Source: a virus
Reading direction: 5' to 3' (one strand)
DNA length: 26,625 nt
IMG/VR virus record: IMGVR_UViG_3300032038_000557
Span: 1-26,625 of that record
A model generated the notes under the pieces. That model saw nothing but the letters and a program-made list of their open reading frames with translations. It was not told the DNA's origin and made no database searches. The translations under genes were made by a program, and so were the position numbers. This document shows, piece after piece, positions 1 through 11,314 of this stretch. Every line of letters begins with the position of its first letter. The first letter of the stretch is position 1.

Positions 1-247
1 CTCCGAATTTAGCAAGATGAAACATCTGCTTAGATTGAGTCTGTGCTTGTGCTCTAATCGTTTCATTTATTTTAGCATACTGTTTCTGTACAGCAGTTAA
101 TTCTTGCAATTTAGCTTGAAACTCAGCAGTACCAGTTACGGTACTGTTGAGTTCTGCTTTTAATCTCTTAATATCATTTTTTAAATCATTGATAGATTTA
201 CCAGAGTTCTTGGTATCTATCTTAATTATTCTAACTATTTCTTCCAC
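1..247 (-). CDS. N-terminal part of the tape-measure-like protein (partial, runs off the left edge)
   Basis: GTG start at 245-247, 2 nt after the TAG of the upstream gene. The frame is open to position 1 with no stop of any kind. Coiled-coil N-terminus: VEEIVRIIKIDTKNSGKSINDLKNDIKRLKAEL. It is phase-compatible with the ORF open at the right edge. Confidence 0.6.
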   Translation of the reverse strand, partial: MEEIVRIIKIDTKNSGKSINDLKNDIKRLKAELNSTVTGTAEFQAKLQELTAVQKQYAKINETIRAQAQTQSKQMFHLAKFG

Positions 248-249
248 AG

Positions 250-3102
250 CTAATAACTAATTTGTCCGTTTACGTAATTGTTAGTGTCTTGTACTTTGAT
301 AAATTCACATCTAGTAGTACCAAAATCATTCACATCATAACTATCCACTTTATTTAAAATCCAGATAGCATTATTGAATCAATAGAACTTCCTCAAGTAA
401 TCTTGATTCATCTTATCAAACTTCACATAACAAGTAACTTTCTTGGTATCTATGTTGAATTGATCATTATAGAACATCTTCCAGAATCTATCATAGATGG
501 TCTTTTCTGGAGAATAGTTTATGTTACCGCAGTAAACCTCTTTTGGCATTCCAAAATCTAAACTCTCAGAAACATTCTTATAATCATCTATTATTAAATT
601 TAAATATTGTGGAAGGGTGTTACGTCTATAAGCTATTCTATTTCCACTAACATCATATTCACTTACAGTATAGATGAAGCAAGGTTCTTTGTCATTCAAA
701 GTATTCATTATCCCTAAATCATCAGTAATGTTAAAGTAAACGTCCCTACCAGTATAATCTTTACAGTCTTTTAAGCCGTTTCACATAAGTAAGCAAGAAG
801 ATATCTCTTCTAAAGAGCGATCACCATTATCTAAAGTGAAGAAACAGCTCTTTGGGAATATATCAGCACCAGCTATTACACTCCAATCAATAGTTCTTCT
901 TCTATCGACTATATTAGCTCCATATAAATCAATAGAAATGGTCTTATCACCATTATAAAGATCACAACTAACATTATCACACACAAAGCAAGGAACTTCA
1001 GCATTATTGGTGTTGAAATACGTTCTATAATACTTATCACTATCCAAAGCAGGAATAATCCCTTGATAGAGATTGTCTTCGTAGAAGTTAGTATTATCAG
1101 AAGTAAAGTTATATCCAGTGTAGATTCTTTTCTGTCCATAAGTTTGCGAATACTCACTATTGTATCTTTCAGCGAATCTAGTAGCTGGAGTATCTAAAGC
1201 AAGTGTATAATACTTCTTATCGAATAAGATTGGAGTAACAGTCATATCCTTATCATAATCGATCAACTTATCAATATTCACCGTCTCTCCAGTAAAGAAA
1301 CTATTTCTGGTAAGGATAGTTATCTTCTTCTCAAATACATCTTTTATAAAGTAAAGTCCAAACAGCTTTGCATAATCAAGTAAATAATCAGCAGGACTAC
1401 TTTCTGTCTTTAGAAGATTCCTTTTAGTGATAGTTCTATTTGAACTTACTCCATCATCGATTGAAATGGAGAACTTACCATTAGTTGTAACTACATTCAC
1501 TCAGTATCTATAATCTTCAGAAGAATTTGGATTAATAATATGAGAAAGAATGTATCTTCTTGTACCAGACTGTTGAACAATCTTAATCTCTGTATGTAGA
1601 ACAAGCTTAACTCTATGTGCTATAGGACATTCCGTTAATCTGATAGAGAAGGTATTGTCTTCATTATCAGCTTTGAAGTAATATCTACTGCCATCCTTAT
1701 AGAATCTTCCAAATACGATAGAAGTAGCAGGAACATTGCTATTAGCGATATAAGGAGCATTATTGTATATGAATCTATGATCTTGTAACTGATAACCATT
1801 TGAATAACCTAATACAGTATTAGTATCAGCATCTTCTGCAGTTAAGTAAACAGTAATGAACTGATTTGAATTGGTTAAGTTGCTTCCAGTGGCATTATAC
1901 ATCTGCAACATATCATAGACATTGCTATCCAGTGTTTGAGCAAACACTTGAAAATCAAATGATAAATCCATCGTAGAAGTAATAGAACTCTCTGGAAATG
2001 TAATAATGCCAGCAGAACTAACCGATTCACTAATTCCACTAACAAGTACATTAGAACTAGCAGATGGTTTCTGAATGACTCCTTTATCACCAGCTCAGTT
2101 AGTAGATTCATTTAATATGCTAACAGAAGTAGCTTCCTCAACCTCCGTATCATAATCATTTGAAGTAAGTAGAGGTAAAGCAACAAAAGTCTTCTCCCAA
2201 TAAGGATTGTTCTTATTAAAGAAAGTTGGATCTAAATCTACTTGATAACCACTATTCTCTTCTTTACAGATTGTTTCAATAAGTTTCTTCAATCTGATTG
2301 CTGGTCTCTGATAATAGCTTCTTAGATCTTTCATTTCCCACTCTGTATAATCCTTCTCAAGATTAGCCAATGAGAATCCATCAATCGTTGAATACGTAAC
2401 TTCAACGTTATCTTCTATCTCCGTTTGCTCTTTCGGAAAGATTATATCATTATTCGTATTGATAATACAGTGAGAAGTATCAAAATCTTCATAAGTACCA
2501 TTGTAAGCTGGTATAAATGCCAGATAATCAAGCAGTTGATCTCCATCAACAGTTCAATCTTTACTAAATGATTGATTTACAAGATCTTTGTTGATTCTAA
2601 AGTTAAATTCAGTATTCTCTGGAAGATAGTTACCATATTCATCTTTAATGAAATACCTTAAATCAGCTAGTGTCCTCTCAGTACCATCCTCATTATACTT
2701 CAATCCATAGAAGAAATCTCCTAAACCGCCATAAAGAGTAATGTTATAAGTTATATCACCATTCTGAATAGATATGTCATTTAGTTGCATATAGCCAGTT
2801 TCAACCAAATCTCCATTATTATAAATTGAGAAGTCAACCCTCTTAGAAGGATCGAAGTTCATTCCATTAAGTTCTGATCAACCAGTCCACTCTTCATAGT
2901 GTTGCATTCTATCTAACTTATAGATTTCTCCAAAGAGTTTATTGTTGTTCTTCGTTCCCTTTATACTGATTGTCTTTGAGAAACTGTTCTTAACTATTGT
3001 AGGATTGGAGAAATCCTCGGTTTGATAAGTAATCGGTAAACCGAGGGTTTCTTCACAATCTACTAACTTATTAGCTATAAATAATTTAACGTTATCTTTC
3101 AT
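250..3102 (-). CDS. Large tail or baseplate-associated virion protein, 950 aa, function not assignable
   Basis: Track fragments 379-708, 781-1500, 1501-1971, 2095-2370, 2554-2862 and 2878-3102 share one frame. I translated every gap and found only TGA, at 379, 781, 1501, 2095, 2554 and 2878. ATG 3100-3102 overlaps the TAA of the upstream gene by 1 nt. The true stop is TAG at 250-252. Confidence 0.8.
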
Positions 3103-6100
3103 TATTTCCTAAACTTTAGATGTGATTCCTCTACATTTATTTCATAAGAAACTGGATTCTTTCCGTTATTACTATAATTCAAGTAACTGACAGAAGTATC
3201 TGTTACTATTACTGGAATTATCTCATCAGTAGCCAGTATATGCAAATAAACTAAAGGAGACTCTATCAAATGATACATCTTTTCTCCATTTACGAAGTAA
3301 TCTGTATGAAGATTCCAAGTAGGAGTAATCCTATTCATATACTTTGTCTTACTGAAATCAGTTCTAGGAGCTTTCTTTCTATAATTAAATGATTCTATAT
3401 CATCTCTCTTAGTAGTATTTCCTTTAACAAGTAAGGCATCCCATCCACCATAAGCATTACAGTAATAGAGAACGTATTCTCCGCATTCATTGGCTATGTA
3501 ATAAGTAAGTGGATAATCTCCATTACCATATCCTCTTCTTGCACTACAATCAACATTCAAAGTGGAACCTACTGAGAATGAAGACGCTTTCAACATTAAA
3601 GTAGAACCACTGTTTGCTGCCACTGGAGAATATCTTTCATTACCAACAGCAAGATTGTCAGTACCTAATGATAATCAGCTAATTGGAATTCACTGTCTCC
3701 AATCTACTGTAGTACTTATTGGATCACTAAGAATCTGATGAGAAGGAATCTCTTTATATGCTCAAGAATTATAGAAACTAAAGTTAGTTTCCGTTCCAGT
3801 ATTCGTAACAAACTTAAATTGTTTATAGTAATCTGGCATTTCTTGAACTCCAGCAGTAAACGTTATCCCATTACCAAGATAGTTTTCACAAACATCATTT
3901 AAGATGACAGATGTAGCTCTAGTAGTAGGTTCTGGATAAGCCTTAGCAGCATATAGAATCGTATTTCCACTATTTATATGATATTCAACAAATGCAGAAT
4001 TAGAAGGAGCTTCTACAGCCACTCCAACTTCTTTTCAGATTGGTCCACCAGCAATTGAGAGTGATTGTCCTTGAATCAACGTAATAGTTCCAGTATAAGG
4101 TACTGTTGTTTGTACAAATCAAGTAAGAGTATAATACAACAGACTCTCACTACTATTTGCTTTTACTCTAACTGTAGCAACATTCCCATTATAAGTAATA
4201 CTGTTTACTTGTGAAGATGGTGAAACAGTAACATTCCAAGCAGTTATTGTCTGATGTGAACTAACTGTAGCAGTAAACGTATCTCCAGAAGCATTAAGAG
4301 TTGATTTACTTAATGTGATAGCAGGAGTGTTTTCCTCTTCAGTAGAAGAAGTTTGAGTAACTATAGCAGTATAGTTTCTACCACTTTGTGTTCCAGTAAC
4401 AGTCCAAGTTCTTGCTGAAGAACCAGTATTTGCATCAGCATAGTAAATGATAATCATTTTACCATCTCCAGCTCTAGTCACACTTGTTATATGAATTCAA
4501 GATGGAGCGTTATTTGAATACGTTCAAGCAGCTGTAGAAGTAGATTCCCAAGTAATACTCTTTGTAGTTGTATCCGTAGATGATAAAACTGTTTGAGTTG
4601 GAGAAACAGTTACTGTAACTTCAGATGAAGCAGCTTGAGTAATCGTAACTGTAACTGGTTGAGCATCAGTAGCACTAACAACAAATGATGTATTCCTTGC
4701 ACTAGAAGTAGCATTAGTTGCTGCAGAATAATTGATTGTTAAAGAACCAGCTACAGTAGAAGATCTACTAACTTGAGTAAATCAAGCTGCTGTTCCAGTA
4801 TAATCAACACTCCAAGAACCAGTTCCAGCAGGATTTAGAACTGTAATCGTATAAACACTACCAGATGAATTTGCTGGTATCGTAGTATCTCCAGAATACG
4901 TCAATACATTAGCACTTAACGAAACAGTAAAACTGGTATTATCAGTTAATACATTACTACCTGAATTGGAAAGGTATCCACTTTGAGAAACACTATAATA
5001 GTAAGTACTACCTTCATCAGCTGAAACTGTTAAAGAACCATTACCATTAGCAGTATATTCAGAACCTCTTCTTGTGTATCTAATTGATATAGAAGCAGTT
5101 GATGGAACTGAATTGATAGTCAAATTATATAAAGTGTAACTTCTTTCAAGTTCTATAGTTCTACTAATGTTAGTATTGACTATACCAGATCCAGATTGAG
5201 TCACATAACCAGCAGCAGAAGCAGTTCAACTATATTGAGATCCTTCATCAGCAGCAACTAAGATAGTATCTCCATAAGTGACTGTATTCTCAACTCCTTC
5301 ATAAGTGTAAGTTAAAGTAATAGAACCAGTATTCGGAATCACTTGGAATGATAGAGAATACGTAACAATATCTAAAGACAACTCAATAGAAGCAGTTATA
5401 TCACCACTAACAGTACCACTACCATTCTTTGTTACATAACCACTCTTTGAAACAGACCAAGAATAAGGAGTTCCTTCATCTGCTGTTACTTGAACAGAAC
5501 CAGTTCCAGTAGCAGTTTGAGAAGTGCCATTATTCACATAAGTCAAAGTAATTGAAGCATCATTTGGAGTAGATGTTAAACTGATTGTATGAGTAGGAGT
5601 AGGTTCAACTTCCTCTTCAAGTTCAACAGATTCAGTAACATTCGTTCTAACAATCGTATTTGAACCAGATTGTGTAATATAACCAGTAGCATATGCTTGC
5701 CAATTAACAGTAGTATTCGGATCTACATAAACTACTATAGGAACTGTTCCAGTAAACGATCTAAGAGTTCCTTTTTGAGTATAATTGACAGTTGCTTCAG
5801 CAGTAGCTGGAAGAACATTTAAAGTAAAGCTAGGTAATATAGTTAATGAAATATGTCTAGTGGTATCTTGTGTAATCTGTTCAGAAACTCCAGTATTCGT
5901 TTCATAGTTATCAGAAGAAACATTCCAAGTAACTGTAGTACCACTATCCACATAAACAGATAAAGTATTAGCATTAACTGATTCAGAACTTGCTTCTCCA
6001 TAAACAGTGTAATTAAGTGATATAGAGACGTTAGAAGGAGAATCAACAACTAAAGTGAATGTTGGTTTAGAAGTTAAAGTCAAAGATACCGTTTGATCTT

Positions 6101-7088
6101 CTCTAATCACTAAAGTAGAAGTGGCAGTAGCATATCCATTTAAAGAAGCAGTAGCTGTTAATTCACTACCATAATCTACAGTAACTGTAACTGATCCAGT
6201 ACCAGTTTCTGTTTGTTCTACACTACCGTAAATGTAAGATACGTTAATTGTCGCATTAGATGGCGTTGAATTAATTGTAACAGTATTAGATAAAGGAGAA
6301 GGTATAAACGTTTCTGAACGATCTGAATCTGTCATTAAATAAACGTTGGAATCACTTTGATAACCAGTTCTTGAATAAGAAGCAGTAACATAAGTATTCT
6401 GATCAACATCTAAACTAGCAACATCAGTTCTAGTAACCTCTATAGAAGTTCCATTCCTAGTACCAGTTAGAGTAATTTCAAATCCAGTATCAGTAGAATC
6501 TTTAGCATAACGGAATGTCACATAAGGTACTAATTCAAAAGCAATTAAATCATCTCCATTAGCAACCCAAGTTCCACTTCTCGAAGTATATCCAACAGCA
6601 GATGCTCTCCAATTAACTGTTTCTCCAGCTACACTAGTTGTATAAATTCATTCAGAAGATTCAACACCATTAAAGTAAACTTTAATATCAGAAGCACCAG
6701 ATGGAGCTATTTGAAGTGTATAAGTAGTGGGAGTGTACTGACCTCAAGTAACTTCATCCTCGTCAATATTATCAACATCACACATAGCTCCAGTAGGAGT
6801 AATGCTATTAGTGTATCTGTTTTGGAAAGCATCATATATATAACAATCTTGAAGATTGATTGTCATAGGTTCTGTAGAGTAAGTGAATGTTAACTCTGCA
6901 TCCCTAGTATAGTCATAAGGACTACTGCTGACAATGTACATATTCTCTCCATCTGGAATAGCTTCGTAAATAAACAAATTCTTTAGAGTTACGATATCTC
7001 CAACTGTAGGAGGAGTAGTTCCCATTCCATTACTTGAGAACGATATTGTTAGGTTATTAGCACCACTTGATGAAAAATTAATAATCAT
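3102..7088 (-). CDS. Giant tail fiber or receptor-binding protein, 1328 aa, with tandem PEGA-like beta-sandwich repeats and two BACON-like domains
   Basis: Track fragments 3102-3623, 3762-4022, 4119-4481, 4782-5204, 5226-6521 and 6744-7088 are in one frame. All gaps translated: 11 in-frame TGA (3675, 3690, 3762, 4035, 4119, 4497, 4524, 4782, 5226, 6648, 6744) and no TAA or TAG. There are about 7 repeats of roughly 70 aa of the type SxPxxAxIxV...G.G...V....G......S..GY. BACON-like segments read W-IHITS...ANTGSSARTWTVTG...AIVTQ and W-FTQVS...ATNATSSARNTSFVVSA...TVTITQ. Stop is TAA at 3102-3104. Confidence 0.8.
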
Positions 7089-7089
7089 T

Positions 7090-7569
7090 TTATAATTCAG
7101 TTAAAATTAAATCTAATCTATTCTCAACATCTTTTGTAACACCTTGATTAAGTATCGATAGATCAAGGTTTTGTAAGGTATCTCCAAGTATGTTCTTTGG
7201 AGGAATACCTTCATTAGCTATCTTTCTTGATATTAAAAACGTAAGTTGTTCAGTAGTAGGAAGTTTGCCATTATACGTATAAGGAATCACTGGTTTAATC
7301 TGAATCCATCTTCTAATGGCATCTATATTCGGAAAAGATCCTGGTTCTCTACCATACTCAACATACTTTCAATAATCTTCTAAGGAAAGATAAAGTTCAT
7401 AGATTCCATCCTCTGTCTTAACGAAACAAGAAAGGGAATTACCCAATCTACCACTAGCATTGATATTTTGTTCAGCAAGTTTTCTTCTATAAGTATCAAT
7501 TACCTCATTCCCATAAGCATTAAGAATGTTAGTAAGGATAGAATTAAGTGTTAATGCGTCTTCTTTCAT
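7090..7569 (-). CDS. HK97 gp10-like neck or tail-completion protein, 159 aa
   Basis: Fragments 7090-7290 and 7369-7569 are in frame and separated only by TGA at 7369. The motif SGRLGNS...YELYLSLEDY-W-KYVEYGREPG resembles the YA.YVE.G end of the gp10 family as I remember it. Stop is TAA. Confidence 0.6.
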
Positions 7570-7876
7570 TCGTTTATTTGATTCTTTTCTTCTTGTGCTT
7601 TGTCTTTACAATAACATACTACATTTAAGTAAACTAAAGCAGGAAGCCGATAAACGTCCCATCAAGTAGTTCTAGTAGTTTCAGCAACAGTGTTTACCCA
7701 ATCAATTCATCCTCATCTTTGATTAAACGAATTGCTTTCCTCGTCTCCACCATCCTCTTTAGAAGAGCTACCCTCTTTGGCATCTCCTTCGTTTTTCTTA
7801 GCATCTTTCTCATCTCTCTTTCTGAAGAGTATAGGGTATTGAGAGTTAATCTGTTTAACAAGTGAAGAAAAAAAAA
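7551..7876 (-). CDS. Candidate -1 frameshift extension of gene 7694-8299 (GT-like product)
   Basis: The -1 frame is open from 7958 to the TAA at 7551 under the TGA=Trp code. It has no ATG, GTG or TTG downstream of 7914. It fills the otherwise unexplained 124-nt gap 7570-7693. A T9 run at 7868-7876 sits in the zero frame as TTT TTT TTT. Confidence 0.4.
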
Positions 7877-8299
7877 CATTACATCAGAATAAACATTCAT
7901 AGTTAAGTTTTCTCATAAGAAGTCAGCATTCTTTGATTCTCCATATTGCTCTCCATCTTTAATAAAGATACAATCAAGAATATTCTTTCAATCTTGTCTT
8001 TTCAGAAGTTCTTGAAAATCAATATATTGTGCAGTAGTAACCTTTTGTAAATCAAGAACTGGTCTAAACTTTTGATCTTTAACTAAATAGACAGATTTAG
8101 CTGGCTTCTCAGTATATTTCTTCTCAAGGAAGGATAGTTCATTTATATAGTAAGCTACTTTACTTACTGGAATGTCTCCCATCTCCACTCCTCAAATTGT
8201 CTTTATGAGTTGTTCTTGTGCTTCTAATGGATCTTCCGTATTAGCAAGTATATCAACAATCTCATAGTATTGTTTAATCGTTATATCATCTCACTTCAT
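7694..8299 (-). CDS. Hypothetical protein, 201 aa, candidate tail assembly chaperone-like
   Basis: ATG 8297-8299 overlaps the TerL TAA by 1 nt. Fragments 7694-7900 and 7988-8188 are in frame. In-frame TGA at 7913, 7988, 8192 and 8291. Stop is TAA at 7694-7696. Confidence 0.7.
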
Positions 8300-9507
8300 T
8301 ATATAATAGATATTTTATAGTTCCCTCTGTTGGTAAAGATAGAATCTCAACAAATAGCAGTAGCCATAACAGTATCATCTTTATAACCAGAAGGAGCATT
8401 ATAAGTTATTTTACCAGAACGAGTTGTTTCAGCAGAATACATTCTCAGTTCCTTTAATAGTTCATTATCTCTAACTAATTGAATATCACCATTTTCTAAA
8501 GCAACTCCCAATTTATCAATTATCTTGTTCTTAGTAGTATTAGATGTATTGAACTTTATGATACGTTGTTTAGTCTTCTTCTGCAACATATCAAAGTAAA
8601 CATTACCGATAGAATTGGATTCCACTGTAATCTTTATTGGATTGTACTGATTGATTAGATTGGCAATAACGTTTACTTGCTCTGTGGGAGTCTTATCATT
8701 AAAGTATTTGATAAAGACCATATGTCCAGTATGCGTAATACAACAAACGGCTGTATTATCTTGTCCATTACCAGATCCTCAGTCAATTCCAAAATATAGA
8801 TTTTCTGTAAGATCAGCTGGTTCACTTTCAATACAACCTTCAATATTCGTAAACAGAGAACCATCATCATTTAAGAATTGACCTAATATCTCAGTAGTGA
8901 ACTTCTTTCTTGAATAGGTTCTCTTATAAAATTCAATTTGTTCTTCACTAATCAATTCAGAACGATCATATAAAGATCAGTCAAAGCTTCTCTTCTTATC
9001 AGAATCTGGTTCCGAATAAGTAGTATAAAAGTATCCATCCGAAGTAAGTGGAGTGGAACAGATTAGGATGCTTGCTTTATGTACTGTAGTTGTTGGTAAA
9101 AGGATGTCTATTACATCTTGTGGAATAAAAGCACATTCATCTAATACAAGTATTCCAGAAACTGTATATCCTCTAAGTGCATCTTTTTGTTCTGCAGACT
9201 TAAAGAGTATTTCAGATTTGTTCTTAAACCTTATATGAAGTAAAGACTCATTTGCTTTCTCTATTATTCCAGAAGCATCTAATAACTTGACAAACTCATT
9301 AAACATCTTTCTAGATTGAGCTAGTGTTGGTTCAACTACTATAGAAGTAGTTTTAGGTAAAGAGCAAGCTTTCAGTAGTTCAGCTAGACAGAGAAAGGAT
9401 TTACCACTCTGTCTAGGACTGAGAACTACTGCAATCTTTCCTTTGATGTCAAATCAATCATAAACTTCCTTTTGCCATTCATAGAGTTTAGGAAATACTA
9501 TCTTCAT
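8299..9507 (-). CDS. terL: Terminase large subunit, 402 aa
   Basis: Walker A SPRQSGKS, Walker B ILVLDECAF, and nuclease motif FGID-W-GSGNG. Fragments 8347-8721 and 8977-9306 plus their gaps are in one frame, with TGA at 8347, 8779, 8977 and 9454 and no TAA or TAG. Start is ATG 9505-9507 and stop is TAA 8299-8301. Confidence 0.9.
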
Positions 9508-9923
9508 TACTGTTTAAATGTTATCTCAAACGTATCATCTGTTTTATCAGCTTTAACAGTAACTTCTTTATCTTTCTCTTTAGTTAATCCAAGAGCATCT
9601 AACATTTGTTTAAGTACAGAGATAGCTGACTTAATATCTTCTCCTTCAAGAGCTTTCTCCCAAAGAAGTTCATAACGATTCATAATGACTGCTCTTATGT
9701 GATTATTGAAATTATCTTGGTAATTAGTTAACTGTTCAAAAGCATCTTTGAAATCTTTACTTATTGTACCATCACAGACACCTCATTTCCTTCTGAGATC
9801 TTCTTCAATCTGCAATCTACTTTTTCCTTTTGACAGTTCTTTTAGGATGTACTGTTTTCTTATCATCTTGTCCATCGAGCTTCCTTTCGGTCTCACTTTG
9901 ACTGGACGTCCTCTCTTCGCCAT
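9507..9923 (-). CDS. Putative terminase small subunit, 138 aa
   Basis: ATG 9921-9923. Basic N-terminus MAKRGRPVKVRPKG, then a helix-turn-helix-like region. Its TAA overlaps the TerL ATG (TAATG). One in-frame TGA at 9783. The assignment rests mainly on position and size. Confidence 0.55.
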
Positions 9924-10173
9924 TAGTGTTTTCCTCCTTTAACGATTCTTTGTATTTGTAATAGAAAACTGATAGTCTTTTAAGTAAGTTAAGTACACAT
10001 TTACTGCAACTTCAGTTTGCTTTATAATCTTTTCCTATACAACGAGAATAAATAGTTCTCATTCTTTCTATATCTGTAGTACTAAGTGCTGCACAGTAAT
10101 TAGCTTGTGTAGCGGTGTAGAAATAATAATCAAATGCTTGTAAGTAAGCAAAGTCTTCTTCAGTAAGGTTCAT
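9817..10173 (-). CDS. Hypothetical protein, 118 aa
   Basis: ATG 10171-10173, TGA at 10012, stop TAG 9817-9819. The 3' 107 nt overlap the next gene, so the true C-terminus is uncertain. Confidence 0.5.
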
Positions 10174-10185
10174 TTTAAAATATAA

Positions 10186-10521
10186 TTAGTTAATAAGTAG
10201 TTTTTGTATCTTATTTAAAAGCCATATAAAGCCATCTTTAGCAATAATTAGTATCGTAGCTATCACTGGAGTCATAAACGCAAGGAAAGCCACATAACAT
10301 AGCATTAATCAAGAAAAAGTTCCAGTAATAAGAAGATAAAGGATTCCTCCTCATCAAGTGGAACATAAAGAACAACCGATTAAAGGAATCCTTCATCCGT
10401 TATATGGAATCTTTGGGAATAGTCTTTTTCAGACAAATTCAGATAAAGAGTAGATTCCACCAGATAAATCAATGCAAAAGACAATTATAATAGTAATGTA
10501 AAGTAAGGTTAAGAAGTGCAT
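10186..10521 (-). CDS. Small multi-pass membrane protein, 111 aa, DUF1360-like CxxCxxWW motif
   Basis: Hydrophobic segments LTLLYITIIIVFCI, ILYLLITGTFSWLMLCYVAFLAFMTPVIATILII. Five in-frame TGA (10309, 10351, 10354, 10393, 10429), including a tandem TGA-TGA. Only one TGG. Stop is TAA. Confidence 0.7.
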
Positions 10522-10886
10522 AATTTCTTTCTTATTTGATTTATGTATTTACCAGCTGTAGTGTGAGAACAACCAAGTAAATTACCAACATCTCTATATG
10601 ATCTAAATTCAGCATATAAACACATAACTATCTGTTCTGCTTTATTTAGTTTACTTCATCTTTCAAAGGTTTCTAATGTTTCATCATCAACATCAAGTAA
10701 ATCAAGATCAAATTCATAATCTTTGAGAAGTTCTTCAACGTTAATCTTCGATCGATTCAATCTTTTCGTAGTACCTACCGTATTGTGCGTAGTAAGTTGA
10801 GGTTTTACTGAACCATTGGTTTTTAATCAACCGTACAATTCAGAACTCCATTTGATTGTTGGTGTCAAGTTCATTGAGTTTTTCAT
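10509..10886 (-). CDS. Sigma-70 region-4 / LuxR-type HTH protein, 125 aa as a stand-alone ORF; likely the C-terminal half of an ECF-like sigma factor
   Basis: LNKAEQIVMCLYAEFRSYRDVGNLLGCSHTTAGKYINQIRKKL matches the region 4.2 HTH pattern. TGA at 10656 and 10827. Stop is TAA at 10509-10511. It overlaps ORF 10774-11007 by 113 nt in the +1 frame. Confidence 0.6.
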
Positions 10887-11007
10887 TATCGTATTCCAAG
10901 AAAGCTAGGTAACATATCTGCATACAATCATCAGTTACTTTCCATTTCTTCTGCATAAGTTCAAAGAAATCTAAGTATTTGAGTAGCAGTTGATTATTCG
11001 TTAACAT
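10774..11007 (-). CDS. Hypothetical 77-aa protein with a sigma region-2-like pattern (possible N-terminal half of the sigma-like factor)
   Basis: ATG 11005-11007. DDCMQICYLAFLEY...MEF-W-IVRLIKNQWFSKT resembles sigma70 region 2. TGA at 10840. Stop is TAG at 10774-10776. Confidence 0.55.
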
Positions 11008-11167
11008 CTTCTAAAGCATTTAAAGTTGTAGAGCAACCAGCAAATAAACCAGTCAAGTAATAGAGTTTAATCACTTCTGGTTTATCAGCTTTTATAAGTT
11101 CATTGATCTCTGTTTCTAGTTTACTAAGTTCTTCTCTTTTTGATTCAATAAATTCTTTAATGTTCAT
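10994..11167 (-). CDS. Hypothetical small protein, 57 aa
   Basis: ATG 11165-11167 follows the upstream TAA directly (TAAATG). Stop is TAA at 10994-10996. No Trp codons. Confidence 0.5.
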   Translation of the reverse strand: MNIKEFIESKREELSKLETEINELIKADKPEVIKLYYLTGLFAGCSTTLNALEDVNE

Positions 11168-11314
11168 TTAGCTAAGTAGTTTAAGTTCATAATCTTTAAT
11201 TTCAAAAGGGAGTAAAGAGAGAAGATAATCATCTTCCACTGTAGTATTATCAGAAGTTACTATTACTCTATCTCCCAATTCTGTTTCTTCAATTCAGATA
11301 TCGAAGTTAATCAT
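11168..11314 (-). CDS. Hypothetical small acidic protein, 48 aa
   Basis: ATG 11312-11314 overlaps the end of the upstream gene. TGA at 11294. Stop is TAA at 11168-11170. Confidence 0.45.

Noticed and set aside
379-9306. Fragmented minus-strand ORFs read as pseudogenes or a decaying prophage
   Set aside because: All fragments of each gene keep the same frame. Every interruption I translated is TGA and none is TAA or TAG. The merged proteins are full length with intact motifs. Random decay would also give frameshifts and other stop codons.
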